Shown here: positions 9,692 to 18,316 of the stretch, one piece after another
Layout: every line of letters starts with the position of its first letter
Position numbering within the stretch: the first letter of the stretch is position 1
Assembly: GCA_051867975.1 (NCBI GenBank)
Contig: JBJDZM010000002.1
Span: forward strand, 3,307 to 67,306
Direction of reading: 5' to 3'
From: Eubacteriales bacterium
Lineage (GTDB): Bacteria; Bacillota; Clostridia; Oscillospirales; CAG-272
Length of the DNA stretch: 64,000 nucleotides
The notes under the pieces: model-generated
Told to the model about the DNA's origin: nothing
Database searches by the model: none
What the model saw: only the letters and a program-made list of their open reading frames with translations
Position numbers and translations under genes: made by a program

Positions 9692-9754
9692 GGGGAGAGG
9701 ACATTTTTCATAAGTCGCTCTCCCCTAAATCTACATACTCAAAAACTTTTAATA
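9692..9754 (+). repeat. Short copy of the hairpin + AAAAACTTTTAATA intergenic motif
   Basis: GGGGAGAGG...CTCTCCCC hairpin, a pyrimidine-rich spacer, then AAAAACTTTTAATA. The same architecture occurs at 11413-11488, 11755-11813 (inverted) and 48281-48340. Confidence 0.6.
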
Positions 9755-9760
9755 AAAGTG

Positions 9761-9789
9761 TTGACAATTTAATTTTCTTATGATATAAT
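9761..9789 (+). promoter_or_regulatory. Sigma-A type promoter of the tyrS leader
   Basis: TTGACA (9761-9766), a 17-nt spacer, then TATAAT (9784-9789). Confidence 0.7.
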
Positions 9790-9795
9790 CATCTA

Positions 9796-10055
9796 AACGC
9801 TATGACCGAAAGAAGTAGAAAGCCATACCCAAAAACAGAAAGTTGCCGGTTGATGAGAGGCGCATGACGGCGGTTTTCAAATACATTCGCGAGCGTTGCC
9901 CCCGAAGGAGTGCGAGTAGGCGGCAACGGGTTCGACCGTTATATCGACGGGACTTTATGAGTCTTTAAGGTGTTTGAAGCGATTTAGACACGAAACAAGG
10001 TGGTACCGCGGAGAAATTCGTCCTTGCTCATTTTGGGCAAGGACTTTATTTTTTG
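9796..10055 (+). promoter_or_regulatory. T-box riboswitch leader (tyrosine specifier) with intrinsic terminator
   Basis: Conserved T-box sequence AACAAGGTGGTACCGCGG (9994-10011). Candidate specifier UAC followed by A at 9882-9885. Terminator GTCCTTGC...GCAAGGAC plus T-run (10020-10055). Located directly upstream of tyrS. Confidence 0.85.
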
Positions 10056-10176
10056 TCCGTACCGCAAACGTAACCGGTTAAATAAGCTCCGCACAGAATG
10101 TTGAGCCTTGTATTTTTAAAGTTATTGGGCGACTTTTTTCAATAAACCGCAAAAAATCGAAAGGAAAACTTATTTT

Positions 10177-11397
10177 ATGAAAATTTACGAAGAACTCGTC
10201 GCGCGCGGGCTTATCGCGCAGGTGACAAACGAAGAAGAAATCAGAAATATGATCAACGAGGGCAAAGCGACCTTCTACATCGGCTTTGACCCAACCGCCG
10301 ACTCGCTTCACGTCGGTCACTTCATGGCACTCTGTCTTATGAAGAGACTTCAAATGGCAGGCAATAAGCCCGTCGTGCTTATCGGCGGCGGTACTGCCAT
10401 GGTCGGAGACCCCTCGGGGCGAACCGACATGAGACAGATGATGACTGCCGAGACGATTGCGCATAACTGCAACTGCTTCAAAAAGCAGATGGAAAGATTC
10501 ATCGACTTCGGTGAGGGCAAGGCAATTATGGTCAACAACGCCGATTGGTTGCTCGGACTCAACTACGTCGACGTTCTCCGCGACGTCGGAGCATGCTTCT
10601 CGGTAAACCGTATGCTCACCGCCGAATGTTACAAGCAGAGAATGGAAAAAGGCCTTTCCTTCCTTGAATTTAACTACATGATAATGCAGTCATACGACTT
10701 CTATCACCTCTTTAAGGAATACGGCTGTAATATGCAGTTCGGCGGCGATGACCAGTGGTCGAATATGCTCGGCGGCACCGAGCTTATCCGCCGTAAGCTC
10801 GGCAAGGACGCGCATGCCATGACCATCACCCTGCTGCTCAACTCCGAGGGCAAGAAGATGGGCAAGACCGCTTCGGGCGCAGTCTGGCTCGACCCCGAAA
10901 AAACCTCTCCCTACGATTTCTACCAATATTGGAGAAACGTCGCCGATGCCGACGTACTCAAATGTATCCGTATGCTGACCTTCCTTCCCCTCGAAGAGAT
11001 CAACGCCATGGATTCATGGGAAGGCGCAAAACTTAACACCGCCAAAGAAATTCTCGCATACGAGCTCACAAAACTCGTCCACGGCGAGGAAGAGGCAAAT
11101 AAAGCCCAAGCCCAGGCAAAAGCCCTGTTCGGCGCAGGCGGCGAAGCCGATGCCCCGACAGCGCAAATGCTCGACGAGGATTTCTACATCGAAGATAAAA
11201 CCGATATTCTCACAATGCTCGTCCGCTCCGGACTCTGTAAATCCAAATCCGAAGCCCGCCAGGCAGTGCAGCAGGGCGGCGTCTCGGTCGACGGCGAGAA
11301 AATCACCGATATCAAAACCTTCTACTCAAAATCCGACCTTTCGGACGGCAAACTCCTCCGCAAGGGCAAGAAGACTTATATGAAAGTTGTTTTTTAA
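10177..11397 (+). CDS. tyrS: Tyrosine--tRNA ligase
   Basis: HVGH (HIGH) and KMGKT (KMSKS) class I motifs, a C-terminal S4-like domain, and a T-box leader upstream. Confidence 0.95.
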   Translation: MKIYEELVARGLIAQVTNEEEIRNMINEGKATFYIGFDPTADSLHVGHFMALCLMKRLQMAGNKPVVLIGGGTAMVGDPSGRTDMRQMMTAETIAHNCNCFKKQMERFIDFGEGKAIMVNNADWLLGLNYVDVLRDVGACFSVNRMLTAECYKQRMEKGLSFLEFNYMIMQSYDFYHLFKEYGCNMQFGGDDQWSNMLGGTELIRRKLGKDAHAMTITLLLNSEGKKMGKTASGAVWLDPEKTSPYDFYQYWRNVADADVLKCIRMLTFLPLEEINAMDSWEGAKLNTAKEILAYELTKLVHGEEEANKAQAQAKALFGAGGEADAPTAQMLDEDFYIEDKTDILTMLVRSGLCKSKSEARQAVQQGGVSVDGEKITDIKTFYSKSDLSDGKLLRKGKKTYMKVVF

Positions 11398-11412
11398 GGG
11401 ATGGTGATTGCA

Positions 11413-11813
11413 GGGGGAGAGGGTGCCTTTTTGAAAAAAGGGCACCCTCTCCCCCTGCACCCCCTCTCCCTTCAAAAACTTTCAATAAATGGGCTGGTTT
11501 GTAAACAAAGTTTCTCTGCAAAACCGCAGGCTAATCTAACTTCAACTTGGAGAAACATCGACATCAAATGTCCTTCATCGGTTGGGTTTAACACGTCCCC
11601 AGCGCGAAAAACAATTGAAAAGGGACTCGGACTCCTCGCACAGCGAGGAGCGGTTTGCACCAAATTGACTTTGAGCAAGTTTAGCATTGCGGTGCATGTA
11701 GTGAGGGATTTTTCCGAAGGGAAAATCCTACGCCACCGCGATAAGGACCCAAAATATTGAAAGTTTTTGAAGAGGGGTATGGGGAGAAAACTTTTTTCAA
11801 AAAGTTTCTCCCC
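11413..11813 (-). repeat. Long copy 1 of a structured intergenic element, flanked by inverted hairpin + AAAAACTTTCAATA ends
   Basis: Fills the convergent tyrS/sigF spacer. Its reverse complement aligns block-wise with 48281-48590. Shared blocks include the head palindrome, ATGCACCG, TCAATTTGGTGCAAACCGCTCC-hairpin-GGAGTCCGAGTC, TTAAACCCA, CAAGTnGAAGT and ACTTTGTTTA. Palindrome ends lie at 11413-11488 (+) and 11755-11813 (-). Confidence 0.7.
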
Positions 11814-11834
11814 AAATCCATATCACAGTCTAAC

Positions 11835-12608
11835 TTACGCCAACTCACCTCTCAAAAAAGACATAATCTTCTTTTCCTCGCGAGAGACTTTAACCTGGGA
11901 GAGACCAAGTCTTGCGGCGACCTGTTGCTGTGTCATATCGCGGTAGTAGCGCAAGAGGACGATTTTCCGCCACTCGGGCGGCATTTTTTTTATTGCCTCT
12001 GCGAGGGACAGGCGGTCGGCGAGATTTTCAAATTCATCTGCCGACTCGCGGTCGGGAATTACGGAATCGAGGGTTTTTGAGTCCTCGCCGAAGACGTTGT
12101 CGGAGAGCGAGGTGACGGGAGACACGGCATCAACGGCTATTGCCGCTTCTTCAACGCTCACGCCTGCATACGCCGCCAGCTCGCTGATTCCCGCCTCTCT
12201 GCCTTCCTCGGTCATAATGCGGTTTTTCTCACGCATTATGGTAATTCCTATCTTTTTATAGCCTCGGCTTACGCGAATAAGCCCGTCGTCGCGCAAATGC
12301 CTGCGTATCTCGCCTACAATGAGCGGCACGGCATAGGTTGAAAAAGCGGTTCCGCGTTCAACCTGAAAGCTGTTTATAGCCTTCAGCATACCAATCGTTC
12401 CAATCTGCATCAGGTCCTCAAATTCGGTGCCTCGGTCACGGAATTTCAGCGCAAGACTCTTGACAAGCGCGGTGTTTTCGATTATAAGCGTTTCGGTTGC
12501 GGATTCGTCTCCGCTCTGCGCACGCAAAATCAGCTCGCGGTTGCGCAAATATCTTTCGTCGTGAATCTCCTGCGTGTTGTCAAGATTATTTTTGTTTTCG
12601 GTATCCAT
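11835..12608 (-). CDS. sigF: RNA polymerase sporulation sigma factor SigF
   Basis: Sigma-70 regions 2-4 (DLMQIGTIGMLKAINSF, YAVPLIVGEIRRHLRD, QQQVAARLGLSQVKVSREEKK). Third gene after spoIIAA and spoIIAB. Confidence 0.9.
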   Translation of the reverse strand: MDTENKNNLDNTQEIHDERYLRNRELILRAQSGDESATETLIIENTALVKSLALKFRDRGTEFEDLMQIGTIGMLKAINSFQVERGTAFSTYAVPLIVGEIRRHLRDDGLIRVSRGYKKIGITIMREKNRIMTEEGREAGISELAAYAGVSVEEAAIAVDAVSPVTSLSDNVFGEDSKTLDSVIPDRESADEFENLADRLSLAEAIKKMPPEWRKIVLLRYYRDMTQQQVAARLGLSQVKVSREEKKIMSFLRGELA

Positions 12609-12632
12609 AAAGATGCCCTCCTCGGGGATTAT

Positions 12633-13091
12633 TTATGTATCTCTGTCCTTGAATACCTTATACATCACAATCTTCGTACCGCCCTCAAGACGCGAGGAGA
12701 CAGTCATCTTATCGGTAAAGCTCTCCATGACGGTAAAGCCCATTCCGCTCCGCTCGCCTGCCGCATCGGTTGTAAAAAGCGGCTGACGGGCCTCTTTTAT
12801 GTCCTCGATTCCACAGCCCTTGTCGCGTATCTCAATCTTTGCCACTCTGCCTTCAAGGAGCGAGACGGTTATGTAAATCAGTCCGTCCGAATGGCGGTAG
12901 GCGTGAACTATGCAGTTCGTTACCGCCTCGCTGACCGCGCATTTTATGTCTGCAAGCTCGATTGCCGAGGGGTCAAGCTGTGCGCAGAACGCCGCAACCG
13001 CCGCGCGTGCCATTCCCTCGTTTGCTGACAGCGCAGGGAGCTTTAATTGCATTTTGTTTATCACTTTTCCCGATATTTTTGCCTTTTTCAT
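12633..13091 (-). CDS. spoIIAB: Anti-sigma F factor (serine kinase) SpoIIAB
   Basis: HATPase_c-type motifs AVSEAVTNCIVHAY, DKGCGIEDI and ERSGMGFTVM. ATGA overlap with spoIIAA. Confidence 0.9.
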   Translation of the reverse strand: MKKAKISGKVINKMQLKLPALSANEGMARAAVAAFCAQLDPSAIELADIKCAVSEAVTNCIVHAYRHSDGLIYITVSLLEGRVAKIEIRDKGCGIEDIKEARQPLFTTDAAGERSGMGFTVMESFTDKMTVSSRLEGGTKIVMYKVFKDRDT

Positions 13092-13585
13092 TTCTCATCT
13101 CTCCTTTGGTCACTCTCGACTGAATTTTGGTGGGAAATATCCCTTTTGGACATTACCGTCTCTCTCTCGCTCGTTCTGTGCCGTGCCGCACGCTTTTTTT
13201 GTTCCCTGCCGGCGTTCATATTCTGCTTTTCCGATGTGATATTCGCTACACGACTGCGTTTTATCTTGACCATCCGCTCCATTCCGGCAAGATTCATTAT
13301 TTTTTCGGTTGCTGGGCTGGGGTCAAGAACATACATCTCTCCGCCCGCCGATTGCATCAGTGAATAACGCCCCATTATAAGACCAAGCCCCGAGCTGTCC
13401 ATAAAATCGACCGCTGACATATCAAGTGAAAGAATCCTTGGGCAGCGCGAGCGGATAAGGTCGTCTATATTTACTCTTACGACCGCCGCGGTGTGGTGGT
13501 CTATTTCTCCCCTCAGCTTGATTTTCAGCGTGATTCCGTCAAATTCGCTGTCAAATCCCGGTTTTTTATCTCTTTTTGCACACAT
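13088..13585 (-). CDS. spoIIAA: Anti-sigma F factor antagonist SpoIIAA (STAS domain) with an unusual ~56-aa basic C-terminal extension
   Basis: STAS core includes the phospho-serine motif DFMDSSGLGLIMG. The ORF continues 56 codons past the usual end (RSRVANITSEKQ...DQRRDEK). Confidence 0.85.
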   Translation of the reverse strand: MCAKRDKKPGFDSEFDGITLKIKLRGEIDHHTAAVVRVNIDDLIRSRCPRILSLDMSAVDFMDSSGLGLIMGRYSLMQSAGGEMYVLDPSPATEKIMNLAGMERMVKIKRSRVANITSEKQNMNAGREQKKRAARHRTSERETVMSKRDISHQNSVESDQRRDEK

Positions 13586-13681
13586 TTTTGCGTCCTTTCT
13601 GTTTCTTGTGTTAATTCAATTGATTTTATCACTTTTTTCGTGCGGATTATGTCACATCCTGCCGCCGAAAAAAATATTTAC

Positions 13682-13714
13682 AAAAAAGGGCGAGAACCTT
13701 CGAGATCCTCGCCC
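13682..13714 (-). terminator. Intrinsic terminator after the EF-G paralogue
   Basis: Minus-strand GGGCGAGGATCTCGAAGGTTCTCGCCC followed by TTTTTTG. Confidence 0.7.
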
Positions 13715-13749
13715 ATAATATGAAATCTTTAATTTTTTCTAAGTGACGG

Positions 13750-15795
13750 TCACTTTTTCTCGATTATCTTCTGCGCCACGTTCTGAGGAACGGTATCATA
13801 TCCTGTTACGTTGTACTCAAAGGAGCCGCGTCCCTGTGTCATTGCACGGAGAACCGTCGGATAATCGGCAAGCTCTGCCTTGGGAGCAGACGCGTGAACA
13901 ATGGTGTATCCGGGCTTTTCCTCGCACGCATCCATACCCATAACCGCCGCACGGCGCTTGTTGAGGTCTCCCATAACGTCACCGACCATATACTCGGGGA
14001 CGAGAACGTCAAGGTCGCCAACAGGCTCAAGAAGCACGGGACCTGCCTGCTCAAGGCACTTCTTATATGCGAGCGATGCCGCGGTCTTAAAGGATATTTC
14101 ATCCGAGTCAACGGGGTGATACGAGCCGTCGTGAAGGTCAGCCGCAAGCCTTGTCATGGGGTAGCCGTAAGCACCCTTGAGCATTGCATCCTGAAGTCCC
14201 TTTTCAACCGCGGGGTTAAAGTTCTTCGGAACGACACCGCCGACAACGGATACGGTAAAGGTAAGTCCCTCTTCCTCTGCAGGCGAGAATTTGATCCAAA
14301 CGTGACCGAACTGTCCCGAGCCGCCGTTCTGCTTTTTGTGCTTTCCTTCAACGTCGACCGTCTTTGTAATCTTTTCACGGTAAGGAATCGCGGGGATCTC
14401 GTATCTTACGTTAACGCCAAAACGGTTCTTAAGATTTGCCGCCAGAATAGTCAGGTGCATATCTCCCATAGCGTAGATGAGCTGCTGATTTGTCTCGGCA
14501 TTGTTCTCATAACGAAGAGTTCTGTCTTCCTCGGTCATTCTTGCGATCGCCTGCGAGATCTTGCTCTCGTCCTTTGCGGTGAGCGGATACATGGCTCTGC
14601 AATAGTAGGGAGTTGCGTATTTAACGGGGCTGTATTCAAGCTTTCCGGATGCGGAAAGAGTATCATTTGTGTTTGTATCGGTCAGCTTTGATACCATTCC
14701 GATATCTCCGCATGCAAGCTCGTCGACCTCGATCTGCTTGTTGCCCTTCATTATGTATATGTGTGCCAATTTCTCATCAACGCCGCTTCTTGAATTCTTG
14801 AGTGCCATGTCTTTTTTAACAGTTCCGTTCATGACCTTAAAGAATGACATCTTACCTACGAACGGATCAGCGACCGTCTTGAATACGAAGAGCGCGGGAG
14901 AGCCGTCAAGCTCGATTGCCGCATCGCTTCCGTCGGCGTATTTTTCTACCTTCTTTGCGGTATGTCTCGGGAAGGACGCCGCGATAGAATCCATCATTGC
15001 GATAACGCCCCAAAGTCTTGTTGCCGCGCCGCAATATACGGGAGTGATGGTTCCGTCGATGATGCCCTGATGAAGTCCCTCAACACATTCTTCCTTCGTG
15101 AAGGGCTCACCCTCAAAGAACTTCTCCATAAGCTCCTCGCTCGTTCCCGCAACCGCCTCGTTGAGAACATCCTTGTACTGCTCAGCCGCCGCCTCAAGCT
15201 CGGGAGTCATATCGGTCGGGAATCTCTTTCCCGAATCGTCATAAACATACGCCTGCATATCAATAAGGTCTACCATCGTAATGTCCTTACCGTTCTTACC
15301 GACAGGGATAAATACGGGGCAGAGCGACTTGCCGAACTTCTCGCGAAGCTGAGCAAACGTCGCATTAAAGTGCGCGTCGTAGTTGTCGCACTTGTTTATA
15401 AAGAACGCTCTCGGTATGCCTGCAGAGACAGCCTTGTCCCATGCAAGCTCTGTTCCGACTTCCATTCCCGCCTTACCGTCAACGCAGATAACGCAAGAGT
15501 CCGCAACGCGAGTTCCCTGAACTACCTCGCCCTCAAAGTCGAGATATCCGGGAGTATCAATGATATTTATTTTAACATCCTTCCAAAATACATGTGCAAC
15601 CGATGCCGAAAGAGAAAACTTTCTTGCCTGTTCCTCAGCGTCATAGTCACAGACGGTATTTCCGTCCGGTACGTTACCGAGTCTGTCGGTGCCGCCGCTT
15701 ACGAAAAGCATAGCCTCGGCGAGGGAGGTTTTACCGCTTCCGCCGTGGCCCGCGAGGGCAATGTTACGAATTTGCTTTGTGCTGTACTGAGCCAT
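13750..15795 (-). CDS. Elongation factor G family GTPase (EF-G paralogue)
   Basis: 681 aa. G1 motif AGHGGSGKTS, then DTPGYLDF and NKCD, plus EF-G domains II-V by length and pattern. The G1 differs from the canonical AHIDAGKTT, which suggests a second-copy EF-G. Confidence 0.85.
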   Translation of the reverse strand: MAQYSTKQIRNIALAGHGGSGKTSLAEAMLFVSGGTDRLGNVPDGNTVCDYDAEEQARKFSLSASVAHVFWKDVKINIIDTPGYLDFEGEVVQGTRVADSCVICVDGKAGMEVGTELAWDKAVSAGIPRAFFINKCDNYDAHFNATFAQLREKFGKSLCPVFIPVGKNGKDITMVDLIDMQAYVYDDSGKRFPTDMTPELEAAAEQYKDVLNEAVAGTSEELMEKFFEGEPFTKEECVEGLHQGIIDGTITPVYCGAATRLWGVIAMMDSIAASFPRHTAKKVEKYADGSDAAIELDGSPALFVFKTVADPFVGKMSFFKVMNGTVKKDMALKNSRSGVDEKLAHIYIMKGNKQIEVDELACGDIGMVSKLTDTNTNDTLSASGKLEYSPVKYATPYYCRAMYPLTAKDESKISQAIARMTEEDRTLRYENNAETNQQLIYAMGDMHLTILAANLKNRFGVNVRYEIPAIPYREKITKTVDVEGKHKKQNGGSGQFGHVWIKFSPAEEEGLTFTVSVVGGVVPKNFNPAVEKGLQDAMLKGAYGYPMTRLAADLHDGSYHPVDSDEISFKTAASLAYKKCLEQAGPVLLEPVGDLDVLVPEYMVGDVMGDLNKRRAAVMGMDACEEKPGYTIVHASAPKAELADYPTVLRAMTQGRGSFEYNVTGYDTVPQNVAQKIIEKK

Positions 15796-16080
15796 TGTTT
15801 TTTTCCTTAAACCCGCAATATTTCACAGGTCCCTTTCAATTTATATAGGCTGAAATCACATTACCGATGGAACTATTTAATTATAATCCCCAAAATAACG
15901 CAATAGCATATAAATATTATACAACAAACGGACAAATTTTTCAATATTTTTTAGTCATCTTTTTCTGTTCTATTAGTAGAATTTCAAATAAAAAATTTGT
16001 GTATTTATCACAATTCGGGCGCATTTCGGCATGTAATCAAAGAAAAGCGGAAGCCCGTGTGAGCTTCCGTTTATGATTTT

Positions 16081-16722
16081 TTAAAGCTTTGAAAATCCGA
16101 AGCTGTTTACAAGAGCATCTATTTTCTCGCCTCTTTTGCACATCGGACATTCATGCGAGGGGTTCATCTCATACCCTTCAAGGTCATTCGGGTTGAATAC
16201 GGAGCAGACGGGAATACCCGCACATTCATCGACCGTTGCAAATATAGATGCTATTCCCACGACGTCTCCGCCGTAGTATCTTATCGCCTCCATTGCCGCC
16301 TTTACCGTGTAGCCCGTGTTGACCGATGCCGCTAAAATAAGCACGTGCTTGCCCGATATCATGGGTACAAGACTGTCTCTGAACAGAAGCTGATTTCCCG
16401 ACGTAGGCTCGGGTGTTACGATATATATTGTCTGATGCGCATTCATGTTCATAAAATCTTCGCGTGTAAGCTCTTCTGCCAGGCACGTGCCGACCACCTG
16501 CATTTCATCAAGGCAAAGAACCGTATCAATTATCGTATTCTTGTTGTAATATGCCGCTATCTCCTTTGCAAGCGCGACCGCTTCCGAAAGACGTGACTTC
16601 TGAACGGTTACGTCAATAAAGAAATTGCTGTGCGAGCGTCCGGTCGCAAAGTGACCTTTTGCAACACGCAAAATGAGGTTATTCCCCTTTGTTTTTACCT
16701 TGTATGTTGTAAGTGTAGGCAT
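16081..16722 (-). CDS. Phosphoribosyltransferase-fold protein (orotate PRTase-like)
   Basis: ORF 16081-16914. Preferred start MPTLTTYKV follows GGAGGGAA. The PRPP-loop-like segment KHVLILAASVNTGYT is present. The C-terminus carries CPMC. Confidence 0.6.
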   Translation of the reverse strand: MPTLTTYKVKTKGNNLILRVAKGHFATGRSHSNFFIDVTVQKSRLSEAVALAKEIAAYYNKNTIIDTVLCLDEMQVVGTCLAEELTREDFMNMNAHQTIYIVTPEPTSGNQLLFRDSLVPMISGKHVLILAASVNTGYTVKAAMEAIRYYGGDVVGIASIFATVDECAGIPVCSVFNPNDLEGYEMNPSHECPMCKRGEKIDALVNSFGFSKL

Positions 16723-16853
16723 ATGATTCCCTCCGAAAACAGTCTCGGAGCATTTTTGCGCTCCTGATACTATTATTTTACATAAAACAGAGAACTCTGT
16801 CAAGGCGGATTTTAACATTTTGTTAAAACTCACCAATTCAGAGTCCTCATTTT

Positions 16854-17660
16854 TTATAGTCCAAACAATTTTTCGGCGTTTTCGAACGTAATATTTGCAA
16901 CTTCGTCGTAGCACAAGCCATGTATCGCGGCGGCGGCAAGCGCGGTCTCGCGCATATATACCGAATTATTCATCATACCCCTGTACGGCACCGGCGCAAG
17001 ATAGGGCGCGTCGGTTTCGATCAATAGTCGGTCAAGAGGTACGGCGGCGCAAGCCTCACGCACTCGGTCGGCGTTTTTGAAGGTCAAGGTTCCCGAAAAA
17101 GACACGTACCAGCCCCGCTTGACGATCTCCTTTACCATCTCCGCACGCATGCTGCAGCTGTGTATCACTCCGCGCACGTCCTTATGCCTGCATATCATAT
17201 CAAACGTATCTCCGTGTGCATCGCGGTTATGGATAATAACAGGCAGGTCGTATTTTTTCGCCAAGGACATTTGCGCATCGAAATAGGCGTATTGTAGTTC
17301 TTTATTGACCGGTTGCCAATAATAATCGAAGCCAATCTCACCGACGGCAACGATTTTATTCTCTTTCCGTTTCTTTTCATCGTATATGAGGGCTTCGATA
17401 TCGGCTATCTCTTCTTCATACGGACGCTTGCATCTGTCCTGCGCATCCGACGGATGTATACCTACCGCCGCATACATGTTGTCGTACTTTTTCGCCATTT
17501 CGACAACGGTTTTTGAGTTTTCGGGGTCGGTTCCGACATTTACGACCGCTCCCACGGTCGCGCGAAAATCCTCGCTCGACAAAAGAGAGTCCGCTCCTCC
17601 CAAAAGCTCGTCAAACTTTTTGTCATAGTAATGCGCATGAGTATCAAATAGTTTTTCCAT
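16854..17660 (-). CDS. tatD: TatD family metal-dependent hydrolase
   Basis: Preferred start MEKLFDTHAHYY (HxH motif). TAATG overlap with the yigZ stop. Other motifs: GEIGFDYY, VIIHNRDAH, ETDAPYL. Confidence 0.85.
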   Translation of the reverse strand: MEKLFDTHAHYYDKKFDELLGGADSLLSSEDFRATVGAVVNVGTDPENSKTVVEMAKKYDNMYAAVGIHPSDAQDRCKRPYEEEIADIEALIYDEKKRKENKIVAVGEIGFDYYWQPVNKELQYAYFDAQMSLAKKYDLPVIIHNRDAHGDTFDMICRHKDVRGVIHSCSMRAEMVKEIVKRGWYVSFSGTLTFKNADRVREACAAVPLDRLLIETDAPYLAPVPYRGMMNNSVYMRETALAAAAIHGLCYDEVANITFENAEKLFGL

Positions 17661-18298
17661 TATCTGTAATCGTACCTTTCTCCTGTCCTCTGAACTCTGT
17701 CTTTTCCGCCGCTCATTTCGTTTATCCTTGCGCATAGCGGCGAGACTGCGGTCTCCTTTACCGCAAAGGAGACCTTGACCTTATCGGTAAACTCGGTGTC
17801 GTCAATTATCGCCGCAAAGGTCGGCAATATCACTGCGTATTTCTGATAATCCGAATATGAACACTCTAAGCTAAGCTCGGCATACTTCTCATACGTGACT
17901 ATCCCTGCCGCATCGAGCGCAATTTTTGCGCCGTGTGAATACGCGCGGACAAGTCCGCCCGCGCCGAGCAATATCCCGCCGAAATATCTCGTCACGACGA
18001 CAACGCAGTCGCACACACCGCTCTTGCGTATCGTCTCAAGCATAGGCACGCCTGCCGTTCCCTGAGGCTCACCGTCGTCCGAATAACGAGCCACAATTCC
18101 ACCCTTCAGAAGGTACGCCCAACAGTTGTGCGTTGCATCTCCGTATTCTTTTTTCTTTGCCCTGACGAACTCCATAGCTTCGTCTTCGCTTGTGATATGC
18201 TTTGCGTGACCGATGAAAAGAGACCTTCTTTCCTCAAATTCATCGCTTCCCTCGCCTGCAAGCGTGGTATAAAGTTCTGCCTTTTTCTCTTCGCTCAT
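17660..18298 (-). CDS. yigZ: YigZ / IMPACT family protein
   Basis: Motifs HNCWAY, DDGEPQGTAG and VVVTRYFGGILLGAGGLVRAY. Confidence 0.85.
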   Translation of the reverse strand: MSEEKKAELYTTLAGEGSDEFEERRSLFIGHAKHITSEDEAMEFVRAKKKEYGDATHNCWAYLLKGGIVARYSDDGEPQGTAGVPMLETIRKSGVCDCVVVVTRYFGGILLGAGGLVRAYSHGAKIALDAAGIVTYEKYAELSLECSYSDYQKYAVILPTFAAIIDDTEFTDKVKVSFAVKETAVSPLCARINEMSGGKDRVQRTGERYDYR

Positions 18299-18316
18299 AG
18301 TCTGTTACCTTAAAAC

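Noticed and set aside
11401-12080. 119-aa and 107-aa plus-strand ORFs in the tyrS-sigF spacer
   Set aside because: They read through the palindromic repeat element, and the second also overlaps sigF antisense. The same repeat occurs in the other orientation elsewhere, so the reading frame is not conserved.
13586-13700. Sigma-H promoter and Spo0A boxes upstream of spoIIAA
   Set aside because: There is only a weak resemblance (a TTGAAT -10-like element, and TCTCGAA versus TGNCGAA). That is not convincing enough to annotate.
13894-15810. 265-aa and 282-aa plus-strand ORFs
   Set aside because: They lie antisense to the EF-G paralogue, which has unambiguous GTPase motifs.
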